A stretch of 64,000 bases of DNA, from assembly GCF_009834535.1 (NCBI RefSeq), contig NC_045696.1, positions 56,236,001-56,300,000 on the forward strand. Reading direction: 5' to 3'. Positions within the stretch are counted from its first letter, which is position 1; every line of letters starts with the position of its first letter. The notes below the pieces were generated by a model that ran no database searches, was not told the origin of the DNA, and was given only the letters and a program-made list of their open reading frames with translations. A program made the translations under genes and the position numbers. The stretch is from Camelus ferus. Its lineage: Eukaryota. Shown here in pieces: positions 25,811-40,100 of this stretch.

Positions 25811-28800
25811 ATAAACTAAGTAAAATAAAGCAAGCACAAGTTCTAGTCCTACATAGATCAGATGGATTAGCAGCAACCTGGTGAACTAATTTTCTCAATT
25901 CCTGAAAAGGGCAGAAACAAGACTGAAAGTATAAAAGTCAGAATTACTGAATTCCTAACTGGAAGAGAAAATACTTGATTACAATACCATGAAAATATAG
26001 CATGTTCTTTTTTATTTCATTCCTTCTTCCTCTTTTTTCCTCCTTCCTTCTCTCTCTTTAATTCAGATGAAACTTCACTGCCAGCAACCTCAAAACTAAC
26101 ATTTAAAATACTGTCATTTTGCCATTGTCAGGCTTCAAACTTTAGATACTGAAACTTAACTTCCTACTTTTTCCATTTCTATTCCCCAAGAAACACCATC
26201 AAATTAACAGAAATCAAAGACTATGCTTCATCTTAATTCCTATTTTATGTGTTCACCAAAAGTTATAGATTTAAACTAACTACTAATGGAACTCTACTTT
26301 AAAGGTGCTTAGAGAATTAGTGTTCAGGAATCCTGAAGTAAATCCTTTTACAAATTCAAAAAAACATCTTAAAACTAACAAGTTTCTTGTTAGACAAAAT
26401 ATGCTCACTGTAGAAAAACCTAGAAAAATAAAGATAGCAAAAAGAATAAAATTAACATCTTTGAATGACAGGATTATAACTAGATTATAGTGTAATAAAG
26501 GATTATCAGCATAAGTATTTGGAGAATACTGTTTTCTCTATTTTGCTGCAGTCAATTCAATCACATTGCTCATACTCTTTTTCACTCATTCTTATGCTAT
26601 TTGCACTCATCATGAACTTATTTCTATGTTAAATATTCTTCTACATCATCATTTTTTATCCTATTGCATGAATACCAAATCATTGTTGAGAGGATTAAAT
26701 AAATGTATGGCATGAAGAAAATACTATTTACTGTTGTTAGTCCCAGGATTAAATTTTTTGTAAATATTCATGTATATCTAAATTTATGAGCATATCCTTA
26801 ATTTTTTCTTTAAAATAAATCCACAGAAGTAGAACTTCTAAAACTTTGCCAAACTGCCCTCCAGAAATAAATTTACTTTCCTGCAGCAACACCCTTGTCA
26901 TAACTATATTATACTTATAATCTTTGCCAATTTCACTGAGGAGGAAGGGGTTTAACTTTGTTTCATTCCATTTTTGTGTTTCATCAAATATACTAAATGG
27001 AACATTCTTTTTTCACATGCTAATTCTATTTCTCCTTATGTGAACTTATCAAAATATTTAAAAATGAATTATTCTAATATTTATGATCAGAATAGTCATA
27101 CATTAGATTTGTTTAAAGCATGTTACCCACAGTGCTATTCTACAAAAACATTTGCTTATGTTACACATTTTAAAAGAGGGAGTTATACACATTCATTCCA
27201 CCATAACCCTCAATTTAGTATCTTCCACTAATATTTTAAAAACAGAACACTAGTACCAAAGTCTAAGGGCAGAGGTGCGTAGAGGAGGGGAAAGGGCTTC
27301 AAATTAAAGTATTTTAAACTACCTAATATGTAATATATAGTACCTGAATTAATACACTCACTTAAAAGAATTAAGTAGATACTTTAAGCACTAACATGGA
27401 AAATGTCCAGGATATATTAATAAATGAAAAAAGGACACAGAACATGATCCATTTGTGATTTACGGCAAAAACAAAACAAGAGTGGGAAGAATAGGGAAGC
27501 AGTCGCTGTCCTAGGTGCTAGAGACCCAGCGATGAACTAGACAGGTTTTTCCTGCCTTTATGGAGTTCACTGGTTAACAGGTATCCTGACTTTATTTGGA
27601 TTTACTTTTAGTATTAAGGCACAGTAGAATATAATAAAATTTCTCAATTTCTTTCCAAATATAAGTTTGAGTCTAAGAAGAATGTAAAGAGGAATACAGC
27701 TACACACATTACTTTCTGGATTTCAGAGCAGAAATTACAATATAAAAAATTTAAGAAGTTAAACACACACACAAAATATATTTCCTAGTGTTAATGAAAA
27801 CAGAAAAAAAAGTCTCAAAATCACTTTTTTAAGTCTTTAGTTAAACTCAGGAATCTTTTTCATTACCCAAATCTGAAACTCAATTGATAATATTAAAGAA
27901 ATCAAGGTATTGATTATTCATATGATCCCAATTTGGTTTAAAAATTACTTACAGTGTATTAAATGCTGTCTACTCCTAAAAAATATCTTGAACTAACTTA
28001 CTAATAGTAATTTCTGGAAATAGGATCAGAGAGACTGTGAGCAGATGGAAATCAGAGAAAACCTTACACATTTTACTGTGCACACTCCTATACTGTTTGA
28101 GTATTTATGGTAAAATAATATCTTTATGATATAAATGAAAAATAGTTCAGTGCAGAACCCAAAACTTGGTCCCATCAAAATTTCCCTATGTAATACCTTA
28201 AAGTAATCAATAAGGAACTGCTTGAATAAAAAAGTCAGTGTTATGCAGGTATAAAAAGCAGTAAGGGAGAGCCCCCTACACTATGAGTGTTTTCCAGGAC
28301 TTATGTTAAGTCAAAAAACATAAAAGGTGTAAAACAAAGTATAAGTTTTATCTAAGAAGGAAAGAGAAATATGACTAAGTGTACATACATTTTCTAAAAA
28401 AAACCCCAAAAACTAATAAAAATGGTCACCTATAGGGGAGGGAGAGGATAAAAGCTAGATTTTTCTAAATACACCTCATATTGTAGTTTTGGTTTTGCAA
28501 TCATGAAAATATTTTACATAATTTAAAACAAAAGTAAATTAAAATGAAAACAGGTTATTCTCCAAAACTGACAGCAAAACAGACAAATGTATCAAACTAG
28601 GTATCAACTGGGTGGCTTAAACTCAGACAGAAATCATTTCAAATTATTTTAAAACAGTAATTTGACTGTAAATTCCTAGTAGAATTTACATTAATTGTAA
28701 GAATTCTTAAATTGTTTTCAGCAAACATTTTCTAAAACAACTCAAAATAGCAATACTAATATGTATATATAAATATAAATAATAAAACAAGTGATTCACT

Positions 28801-28957
28801 ACTCTCAAGACTTCCAGCATAAATGAAAAGAGCTATAAATATAAAGCTGAAAAAGTTAAAGGAAAAATCTTATAATCTTTAACCCTTAAACTTTAAACAA
28901 AATCAGATTTGGAAATACTGCTATGAACTCACAATGTATTTTTTTCATTTGAATAAT

Positions 28958-30778
28958 CATACAACAAATTCAGCAAAGCTGCAGAATATAAGATCAACAC
29001 ATAAAAATCATTTGCATTTTTATACAGTAGCAATGAACACTCTGAAAAGGAGTGTTTACAAAAGCATTTTAAAAATTCACTTTACAATAGCATGGAATAA
29101 ATTTAACCAAGGGGATACAAGACTTCAAAACCACAAAACATTACTGAAAAAAATTAAAGAATACTTGAATAAATGGAAAGACATGCCATGTTCATAGATC
29201 ATAAGATTTAATATTAAAATGTCAATATTACCCAAAGCAATCTACAGATTCAACACAATCCCTATTCAAAACCCCAAAGGCCTTTTTTAGAAAAATGGAA
29301 AAGAAGACCCTAAAATTTGTATGAAATTGCAAAGGATTATGAATAGCCAAAACAATGTTTTTTAAAAAAAAAAGTTGGACTACCTAAACTTCCCAATGTC
29401 AAAATTTACTACAAAGCTACAGTACAGTGTGGTAGTGACATAAGAGAGATATATAAATTAATGGAATAGAACTGAGAATCCATAAATAAACCGATGCATC
29501 TACAGTCAACTGGTTATCAATAAGAATGCCTAGACCATTTAATGGGGAAAGAACAGAGTCTTCAACAAATGGAACTGGACGACTGGGCCCTTACCTCACA
29601 CCATATACAAAAATTAACTCAAAATGGATCAGCAACCTAAATATAAGAAATAAGACTATAAAATTCTTAGAAGAAAATTTATGGGTAAATCTTGATTTTA
29701 GATTTGGCAATGTTTTTTCAAATATAACACCAAAAGCACAGGAGGAAAGAAAGAGGTACATTCAACTTTATCAGTCTTTAAAACTTTCATGCATTCCTGA
29801 CAGTACACTGTCGAGAGAGTGAAAAGATTACCCACAGAATGGAAGGATGTATTTTCAAATCATATATCTGATAAGGGTCTAATATCCAGAGTATATAAAG
29901 AAGCCTTATAACTTAACAACAAAAAGACAAACAACTCAATTTAAAAATGGGCAAAGGACTTGAATAGATATTTCTCCAAAGATAAACAAAATGGCCAGCA
30001 AGCCCATGAAAAGATGCTCAACATTATTAGTCATTAGGGAAATGCAAATCAAAAGCACAAGGAACAGACACCACTTCACACCAACTAGGATGGCCATTAT
30101 CAAAACATTGAAAAAAACAAGCGTCGGAAAGGATATAGAAAAACTGGAACCCTGATACACTGCTGATGGGAATGTAAAATCATGCACCCACTGTGGAAAA
30201 CTGGTGGTTCCTCAGTAAATCAAACACGGAATTACCATATGAGCCAGCAATTCCATCCCAGTTTTTAGGTAGACATCCCAAAAAACTGACAAGTGTTGGG
30301 AAAAAAAAATTGTACACCAACGTTCACAGCAGCACTATTCACAATAGCCAATAGCTGGAAACAACCCAAACGTCCACCAACTGAATGAACAAAACGTGGT
30401 TTATCCATACAATGGAATACTATTCAGCCATATGGAGGAATGAAATACTGATAGAAGCATGGATGAACCTTGAAAACATTATGCTGAGTGAAAGAAGCTG
30501 ACACAAATGCCACATGTTGTATAATTCTAGTTATATGAACTGCACAGAACAAGCAAATCCAGAGTCAGAGAGTAGATTAGAGCCAGAGTCTGGAGAGAGG
30601 GAGGAATACAGACTGACTGCTTAAGGAATATAGGATTCCTTCTGGGGTGTGAAAAAGTTCTGGAACTAGACAGGTGGTGATGGATATACAACACTGTGAA
30701 TATACTTAATGCCACTGAATTGTACACTTTAAAACAGTTCAAATGGTCAATTTTACATTGTTTATTTTATCACAAAAA
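28958..30778 (+). mobile_element. L1MB-like LINE, ORF2 3' half and 3' UTR
   Basis: Track peptides KTLLKKIKEYLNKWKDMPCS and PYLTPYTKINSKWISNLNIR are L1 ORF2; several stops and frameshifts. Confidence 0.92.
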
Positions 30779-30787
30779 GAGAAGTCT

Positions 30788-30816
30788 CACATACACACAC
30801 ACACACACACACACAC
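30788..30816 (+). repeat. (CA)n microsatellite
   Basis: CACATA followed by an uninterrupted CA run. Confidence 0.95.
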
Positions 30817-31264
30817 CTCTGTCCACTAAAAGGGCCTACAAACAACAACCCACTTATAGCAACAAAGACCCAGATTATGATCTTTAAATATCAGAAAGGA
30901 ACATCTTGTTATACTAGAAAATAGGGTTACCAAAGGTTACTGAGGTTTTAACAAAAGATACAGGAGTCAACATGAGGGGGTTTCCACTAGCTAAAGATGA
31001 GACAATTTGAGAATTAAAAATAACTGCAATGAATTAAAACAAACATATTCAAAATCAGGGGTTCATACTGATACTAAAAACAAAAAAAAAAAAAAACCTC
31101 ACTGGCCACCTCTATCACGTAACAGGAAAAGAATCAGGCGTTTATCCTGCTGTTCCTCAGAATCATATAATTGACTAAGGTAAAGAAGTTCTTTATAGAA
31201 GTACTCCAGCAAACAAACAGAAGTAATGATAGAATATCACCACTATCAGATATAATGATCTAGA

Positions 31265-31479
31265 CTGGGGTCAGCAAACTTCTGCAAAGGGCCAGACAGT
31301 AAATATTTTAGGCTTTACATGCCATACAGCCTTTGTCTTAACCAACTTTGGCACTGTAGTACAAAAGCAGCTACAGACGATATGTTAAGCAAGCAGTGTG
31401 GCTACATTCCAATAAAACTTTATTCCCAAAACAAGGAGAGGATCTGATTTCATCCATAGGCTGAAGTTTGCCTTAACCT
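31265..31479. mobile_element. MER58A-like hAT MITE
   Basis: GGGGTCAGCAAACTTCTGCAAAGGGCCAGACAGTAAATATTTTAGGCTTT...TTCCAATAAAACTTTATT. Confidence 0.85.
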
Positions 31480-33185
31480 ACGCAATTGTCATCAATGTAG
31501 ATGAAAGATTGATGGGGAACTTCAGAATAGACGGTGAATCAGGCTGACAATAAACCCAACAATCAACAGTAACATCACAAAAAGAGAGATTTCTAAACAT
31601 TATTTGCCACCTGATATTATGCAATACTCAGCATCACCTAAAAAAGTAACCCGACTAAAAGAATCTAACGGTCTGCCGGAAATACAGGGGGTAAAGGTAT
31701 ATCTTCCTCTATTAAATGACTACAGGGATTAAAAAATAATCAACAAAACCTATAAAGTGGGAAATTTCAAAGAACAAATGATCTAATTCTTCAATAAATA
31801 AATAACAAGGAAAAGAGGGGAGAATATTATCATCAGATGTAAGGAGATTTTAAAATAGCAATCAAATGCAAAATATGGACGTTGTTTTGGATCCTAATTC
31901 AAACAAACCATTAAACAGAAAAATTTTGGGGAAATGTGAATCCTTGCTATCTGATGTTAAGGAATTTTTCAAATATTCCATGAAAAGTAGAACCATGATG
32001 CTATAGTTCTGTTTGTTTATTTTAAGCATCCCTAGAAAAATGTATTTGAAAAAAAAGTATGATCTCTGAAATTTGCTTGAAAAATATTTGGTAGTGGCAA
32101 GGGTATAGATGAAACAAAATTGACCACATTTAGATCATTATAGAAATTGGAGATGAACACATGGTGGTGCATTACACAATTCTATTGACTTTTATAGGAT
32201 TGAAAGCTTCTTAATAATGAATAATTTAAAAATAAATACTCCAAAATGGAAAAAACATTCACCACCATTTTGGAAATACTAGGCTCCCTTAAAAAAAAAA
32301 ATTAATGAAAATTATCCCATTCTACCAGAAACCAAGTTCAATGCCCACAAAGAGCTAAGTGGAAAGGGAAAGGGAGAAGAGAAGTGGAAAAGGAGAAAGA
32401 GGGAAACTGTGACTCATTCTTCCCCTCCCTCAGCCTAGTCAGTGACAAGGCAGTAAGGTGCTGCTACTAGCTGCTTCTTTAAAAGTGTCCTGGCAAGGAC
32501 AGAGTATTTTACTTTATAAGAAAAGGTGTCCTAGGAAAATCACTCTGCCTCAAGCTGTGAAAACTGTTTGATGTTCTTAGAGCCCCCACGGATCTTGGTT
32601 ATTTCAAAGAAGGAAATAAAAAGTTACCAAGAGAAAAAAAAATTGTTAGAGGGGGAAGAGACCTCTCTCCCCGACTTCCTCATAATTGAGAAGGAAGAAT
32701 AAAAACTGAAGGAAAAAATATACTACACTCTGCTGAAATCAACTCACATTTAATAACCTTGATGGTTTTGAATGGTTCTAAATAATTCTCCAAATTTTCA
32801 ATGGGTACCTCAGATTATTTAACTCTACTGAACAAAACTGTAGACATCCAAGTTGGAAGAAAGAGGCTCTTTCTTGTTTGCCAATTACAGTTAAACATTT
32901 AACACCCAAGGGTCAAATGCAAACTAAACTGTCACTGTATACAGACTAGCCTGAAAATAGTTTTCAGAAGAAAAATATGCAGTATAAAAAAGACGGACTA
33001 CATAGACATCAGATCCACTTAAAAAACACATCTCACATTAAACAGGCAAACAAAAACTTCATGGGCACTAGGCCAACATCTGCTGATTACAAACAGTACT
33101 CACTGAAAAAGTGCCAGATCCCTAACAAACTATAACTTTCTTAGTGTCCTATAAAATATATTCAAGATGGAACCTCCATTATTAA

Positions 33186-33500
33186 TACCTTGGAGATATT
33201 GTAGGTTCGGTTCCAGATCATTGCAATAAAGTGAGTCACACAAACTTTTTGGTTTCCCAGTACACATAAAAGTTATGTTTACACTGCACTGCAGTGATTA
33301 AGTATGCAAAAGTATTATGTCTAAAAACAAAAGCATATACCTTAATTATAAAATACTTTGTTGCTAAAAATGCTAACCATCATCTGACAACACAAGGTTG
33401 CCACAAACTTTCAGTTTATTTAAAAAAAAAAAGTGGTATCTGCAAAGTTCAATAAAGCTAAGCAAAATAAAGCAAGGCGCAGTAAGGTAAGGTATGACTG
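33186..33500 (-). mobile_element. Internally deleted Tigger1 derivative
   Basis: TACCTTGGAGATATTGTAGGTTCGGTTCCAGA (Tigger1 end) joined to GGTTGCCACAAACTTTCA...AGGTATGACTG then TA. Confidence 0.85.
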
Positions 33501-33616
33501 TATTCTAAAAGGCAACAGGTGATGTTTTTCCTCAAATAAGTTAAAAAAAAAAAAAAAAGACGACTTGGAGGCTTCCTTTATGACCACCCTATACATGCCC
33601 ATTAAAAAAACAAATA

Positions 33617-33673
33617 ACCTGAAACTAACATTGTAAATCTACTACACTTCAATAAATAGTAAGAAAAAAAAAA
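33617..33673 (+). mobile_element. Very short L1 3' terminus insertion
   Basis: CCTGAAACTAACATTGTAAATCTACTACACTTCAATAAA plus A tail, flanked by imperfect AAAAA..ATAAC repeats. Confidence 0.65.
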
Positions 33674-33724
33674 GATAACAGAGAGGTAACAACCTACACC
33701 TAAGCCTTAATTATTTTTATTAAT

Positions 33725-33925
33725 ACTAATAGCAGCTAAGATTACTTTGTGCTAGACACTGTGCCAAGCACCTTACATGCATAATTATCTCCTTTAAGGA
33801 CTACAATCACCCAGAAATGCAGGTATTGTTATCACTATGTCCAAATAAGGAAACTGAAGCTATAAAAAGTTCATAACTTGTGTAAGCCCACTATACCTAA
33901 TAAAAGAGCAGGCTCTGGCTTTACA
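33725..33925 (-). mobile_element. MIR SINE
   Basis: GACACTGTGCCAAGCACCTTACATGCATAAT...AAGGAAACTGAAGC. Confidence 0.75.
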
Positions 33926-35564
33926 ATGTCAAAAAAAGACATAAAGATATACATACCTAAAGGTACTATCAAATTTCACTCCAAAAGTACTTTAATTTAC
34001 AGAGTATTCTCTGAAACCTTCCCCCTCTCCCCCCAGAACATGGAGCTCATCTAAGCAAAGCAAAGGATACAGAACACGTGTCAGGTAGTAAATTATCCTT
34101 TCCTTCTTCCCTAAGTAGGGCAGCTTAGTCCCTTTCCTAGTATTACTGCTAACTGCTGTTTCCAAAGTGTAAAATCCAACCAAATGGGTAGTTCACTACA
34201 ATCACACAGTAGCATAGCAAGGTCAAAACAGCAAAGGTTTAGGACTCAGAGACATTAGGGATTTATTCCCAGTTCTGCCCTGTTACTAGTTTTATGTTCT
34301 TTACCCTCCAGAAGGGCCTCAGGTTCCCTGTCTGTAAAATGGAGATATCACCTAAGTCCTGTAGAGTAATGCTCTTTAAATGTTGGCTCTCTTCCCTTTT
34401 CTTGTAAAATAAAAGCAAGTTCCAAATGCCTAAGACAAAGCCTCCAAAGTGTGATCCAAGGAATATCAATCCTTCAAGGGATCCCATAAGCAGCATTTCC
34501 TAAACTTCTTTGGCCAAAGAATATTTATTTCAGCATTATAATGTATTATTATATTATACAGCATTGCTTAGAGTAACTGGTATAGGAAACGCTGACCAAA
34601 GGACTTTCATCTTGGTTAAAAAACAAAACAACACTTTGCTTCAGATTCTATGATAGCTCTTTTGGCTCTTCAGCATCCATTTTTATCCAGTCTAGTTCCT
34701 GCCTACATTCTGTATTGCTGAGTTGGCACATAAATGCCTTGTAGATATATGAATACTCCATTTATTAACTATTATACATTAAAACCCAGACATCCTCTTT
34801 CAAACATGACCTGAAAAATCCAACTGCAGGATAAACAGGGCTTGTTATCACAATATAAACAGAAAACTTTTTTCCACTAGTCTTCCAGTTAGAGTAGACA
34901 AGGAAAGAAAAGTTCATGTATCAGTGTACATTTATCAGAACTGTATGAAATAAACCAATTATTACAAACAGAATGTGCACCTGGCCTCACCCGCAGAGAA
35001 AAATGCAGTACAGAGGATCAGAGCCAATTATACTGTATCTGAATTTTGTATCATCACAGAATTTTACTGTAATCTGACATTTAAAACACTTGCCAACTAA
35101 GAAAAGTTCCTCAGAAGCACAGAAAATTTTCTCCAAGTCATGAAAACTATAAATCAACTTTTTAAATTAATACGTAACTACCCTCAAAACTATAAAAATA
35201 CTAAAAAGAAAAACATGATTATGAACTTATGTATTAAAATTTGGTCTGTACATTCAAGATTCAATGCTTTTAATTTGATTTATTTTTCAACATTCAACAT
35301 TTATTAAGCATCAACTAAATAAAGAGGATCTTCATGGATCTTTATGTCCAAGAATAATGCAAAGCAACAACAAAAAATACTGAGACAAGAGACCACAGGA
35401 AACAATAAAAATGGAAGCAGGTGGGTGATGTCTAACACCTGCCTTGAGTCAAGCTATGATGTTTTCAACAAGCTCAAAATTGGTGTCTTCACCAATTTTC
35501 ACCAAGTTCCCAGAGGTAGCAAGGCTCCATTTTTGCACATCATTCACATTCTCTTAAGACAGTA

Positions 35565-36375
35565 AAGAGTAAGAGCTCTAGATTAAATTACTGGGTTAGA
35601 ATCCAAGCATCTGCCATCAGTGTTGCTGGTTATAAAACCTCAGCAAAATTTACCCAACCTCTCTGAGCCTCAGTTTCCTAAACGATAATGGGATCTGGCT
35701 AATAACTGACTCTGCAATATGGATTCGACTGTATTTATTACCCATATCTTACAGTCACTGTTTCATAGATGGTCTGTATTAACTTTAAAAGCAAGGTATT
35801 TGCTCTTAAAATTTTTATTTCAAAAGGATAAAACACTTTACTTGTATATGATTGACAATTTACTTTCTCCTTGGTAAGTAACATTAATAAAAAGCAAAAG
35901 TTCCTAAGCCTTACCCTAAGAAAACTTAAATCAACCAATTTCCCAGGATCTTCCTATTCTCTTTCTAAATTATAAAGGTCATAGAGTGTAGCAATTAAAA
36001 GAACAGATTCAAAGTATGGCTACAAAATCTGCTGGCTGTGTAAGGAAGGCCATCTAAGCTTCAGTTTCCTCATTTGTAAATTTTATTTGCCTTACCAGAC
36101 TGTGGTAAAGATTAAATGAGATAGAAATAAATTGCTTAATACAGTGCAATGACATAGTAAATAATGAAATTTTTTTTGTCTTTACCTGAAGGCTGGTGGC
36201 CTTAGTTCCACACACCAGGCCTATTCCTACTAGCTGTGAGATCTGAATAAATCAATTAAAATATTTTTAATTTAATTTCTTCATCCATTAAATGGGAGAG
36301 AATATTGCATCAAAGTATTATGAAAGTTAAATGAAATGACAGTGGTTGACACACAGTAAATACACAAAGGGTAGC
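35565..36375 (+). mobile_element. Cluster of three MIR fragments
   Basis: AACCTCTCTGAGCCTCAGTTTCC (~35657), TCAGTTTCCTCATTTGTAAA (~36061), TTTCTTCATCCATTAAATGGGA (~36276). Confidence 0.68.
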
Positions 36376-38606
36376 TGAATCTCAATTATCCTAGTTCTAA
36401 GATTTAGGCTACCACAATTAGCATCCAGGGAAACTCAACACTCATCATAACTACAAACTTTTCTATAATTAACTTCTTCCCCAACCCTCACTCCTGTGAT
36501 CAACAGCAGCATTTCTTGCCTCTTCCCTAAAATTTAGAAAGTATATAGGCTTTCCCAGGTACATGTGAAAAACAAAAAGATGACGTTTAATTTGGACATA
36601 AAGTAAAGCCAGATTTTTAAACAATATCTTACTCCTAAATTAATACTGATAGCTAACAAGCTGTACAACTTATGTTGATACCATGTAGAAGACATTGTAG
36701 TCAGAGTCTTCTGCCACTGGGGATTTTTCTTTCCTAAGGATCCAGGAACTGGTTCATCTGCTCTTACTTTAGAGGTCACGACACACAGACCCTTTGTTTT
36801 TTACTAAGTACTCATTCTCCACTATAGCAGAAATATAATAATAGACAGAACACTTCCTCTATCCTTTGAAAGTGCACAGCCATTCTTTAATTTTCTAGAA
36901 ATTGATAGAACGTAAATATATACTGTACTATTAAGGCTTCAAAAGGCTTTCAATAAAGGTTATCCGTGACGTTCAACTGAATTTAAACAGAATTATGCTT
37001 TGTTCTTTAGTAACTGGTTGGATTTCAAGAAGGGCACAAACATTTACTACTTAAGAGAAAGTAAAATAAATCTCTTTTTGTGTAAGAATCATGCCCTAGG
37101 CCAGCCAACCATCTCACAATGTACACAATTAATCACAGAAGTAGATACCATGTTCATCAGTAGAAACCAATTATCCTGAAAACATGGTTTCTCAAAACGC
37201 AATACAGTCAAATTTTACAGCTATTTAAGAGGTTGGTTTATTTAGCAAGATAATCTATATTGTTTATTAATATTTCTTACTTTCTCTGGGAAAGGTCTTG
37301 AATTGATACACAAATATACACTAGTCTATCAGACAAATAAACAGTATCCGAGAGATGTAAAAAGAGGGCCTGTAAAAATTACAGTTTTCATCAATCCCCA
37401 CAAAAAATTTACATGTCTAAGTACATCCATGGTGAAAGGGCCTATTCATATTTAAATAGTTTACTTTATCTCTTGCAGAATAGCCTACTTGGTGAAAATA
37501 AACTGATTTGTCACTTTTCATTATTCTAAATCTGTCTTCTACCCTCATCCACTCCAAATAAACTCCTGGAGGACTTGGGGTATTATAATACCTGGATAGG
37601 CTCAATGTTTCAGAGGTACTGTACTTATCAAACAATGCAACCTAGCACCGGAGTTCTTTCTTTCATTCAGCTATCCATCCAAAGAGTTCACAGCCACTCT
37701 GTGCTAAGCATATAGGATAACACAAATGTCTGTATCTGAGTCTCTTTCTTTTTCCTACTATTGCTCCTTTGTGTTTAAACAAACACCTAGGTTTAACTTC
37801 ATAAATTAATTTCTTATATCAAAACTTAAATGTTTCTAGAAACATCAGCAATAGTTTGATGACTTGGAAACTCTAATACCATATTTAACTATCATGTATA
37901 GTATAAATGTAACTATCATGACAAATTGCCTTCAACTTAAATATGTACTAAGTGTATAGAAAGCACTGTGATCCACATTGCAGGAAATATAAAGATGAGT
38001 AAAATATTGTTTTTGCCATACTGGGATTTATAATCACCTGGGGAGAGACAAAACAAGTTAACCAGAATGCAAGGCAGAATATAAGAAGAGTGATTGTGCT
38101 ACAGGAGTTACACACAAGTGCCTTTCATACCTTACGGTAAAAGGCATAGCAGACTAAGTAGCTGATGTGGCATGTGAGATTCTGAAACGTGGGTAGGTCT
38201 TTGAAAGAGCAAGGGGAGAAAGTATATGACAAAGAATATTTAGACTAATAGGATTCCACTGGGACCAGGTCAACTATGGCAATGACAATATCTAACAAGC
38301 ATACCAATAAGAATTTCAATATACATTTTAATAGTTATGCTAAAATATGGGGAAAAAATCATTACCTCCTATACCAAGCACCTTTCTGAAGAACATAAAT
38401 CTCTCAACCTCCTTTAATGTGGTATAAAATTTCAAAATAAACTGAAGATACGACTAAAAACAAAACAAAGCAATGAGACAAATCAATGAAGTGTTTTTAA
38501 TCTACATTCCCCTTATCTATTCCTTTAGAATAAATAGACCACATATATGATTAGACAGACTGACAACAGTATCACACAATAACATAATTCCTGGAAAATT
38601 CTAAAT

Positions 38607-38938
38607 CTGCACTGTTCAATACAGTAACAACTAGCAACATGTGGCTATTGAGCACTTAAAATGTGGCTACTCCAAATTAGGACGTGCTGTAAGAATAAAA
38701 TACCCACTAGGTTGTGAAGATTTAGTACCCCCTCCCAAAAAATGCAAAATTTATTATTAGTAAATTTTACACTGATTATGTGTTGAAATAATATTTTGGA
38801 CACACTGGTTTAAATAAAATACATTCAAAAAATTAACTTCACCTGTCTTTTTACTCTTTTTAATGTGGCTTCTAGAAAATTTGAAATTACATATGTGATT
38901 CACACTTGTGGCTTGTATATTTCTATTGAATAGTTCTG
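38607..38938. mobile_element. MER33-like hAT-Charlie MITE
   Basis: CTGCACTGTTCAATACAGTA...CATGTGGCTATTGAGCACTT...TATTTCTATTGAATAGTTCTG. Confidence 0.85.
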
Positions 38939-39544
38939 CTTAAACAACTGCTTAATATTTATATTGTTCAGATTTCTGTACTTGCTTCATGTTGTTGCTT
39001 CATGTTGGCCTGGTAATCACTTGATCATATGACACAAAGTAACCTCCCAAAACATCTATGCCTCAGTGACAAATTAATGAAAGGTGAGACAACTGTCAAA
39101 AAAGCCTGTCAGCTTCTTAACTACTCTTTTGGACCAAAAGTGGGAGAAAAAAACAAATAAAAACTTTTCCAGGTACATTTACCAAACAGTTAATACTCCA
39201 GGCTGATGTCATGAGATTAAGTTAGAAAAGAACTACACGGTGATGCAGACATGGGATCCGGGAAATAGGAGAGTGGACTCTGAAGAGCAATGAAATAAGC
39301 CAGAGGATGACAGATGTACCTTGGGGGCATGGAGAACAACCAGGCCAGATCCCAGCAGTAGGACAGGACTCTAGGAAAAGGACACTCCAGGAAAAGAAGA
39401 GAGGGTAGGGCAAAATCTACATAACGCCCAATAAAATTGAGGCAAAAAAAAATTAAGATTGTAATCATTGCAAATTGCAAGAAAAAAATGGCAACAAAAA
39501 AGTGTAAAAAAAATGTAAAAGCAAAGGATATGTGAGTTTCTTTA

Positions 39545-40100
39545 AATTATTAAACAGAGTTACCATACAACCTAGCAATTCCACACCTATGTACCCAAAA
39601 GATCTGAAAATATATGTCCACACAAAAACTTGTTCAAAAATGTTCATAGCAGTATTATTCCTAATAGCCAAAAAGTAGATAACTATCCAAATGTCCATCA
39701 ACTGATGAACAGATAAGCAAACAGTGGCATTTCCACACAATGGAATATTACTCAGCAATAAAAAGTAATGAAGTACTGACAAATGCTGCAACATGGACAA
39801 ACCCTAGAAGACATTACATGAAGTAAAAGAAGTCAGTCACAAAAAGCCATATATTGTATGAATCCATTTATATAAAATGTCAAAAATAGGCAAATCCACA
39901 CAGATTAGTGGTTGCCTAGAGCTAGAAAAAGGGAAGTATTAGGAATGACTACTAATGAATACATGATTTCTTTTTTGGGTGATAAAAATATTCTAAAATT
40001 AGACTACAGTGATGGTTATAGACTCCATGAATACTGAAAACCACTGAGCTATATATCTTAAATTAATGAGTTTTATGGTATGTGAATTAGATCTCAAAAA
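39545..40100 (+). mobile_element. L1MB-like 3' end
   Basis: GAGTTACCATACAACCTAGCAATTCCAC...CAAATGTCCATCAACTGATGAA...TTTATGGTATGTGAATTAGATCTCAA. Confidence 0.88.

Larger units (their letters stand above)
28250..32240 (+). mobile_element. Old L1 (L1MC/MD-type long 3' UTR) hosting nested insertions
   Basis: 3' UTR motifs (GTCCACTAAAAGGGCCTA, TTTCCACTAGCTAAAGATGAGACAATTTGAG, TGGATCCTAATTCAAACAAACC) either side of a younger L1. Confidence 0.65.

Noticed and set aside
38982..39007. TTGCTTCATGTTG repeated twice
   Set aside because: Simple 13-bp slippage duplication with no array or spacer structure.
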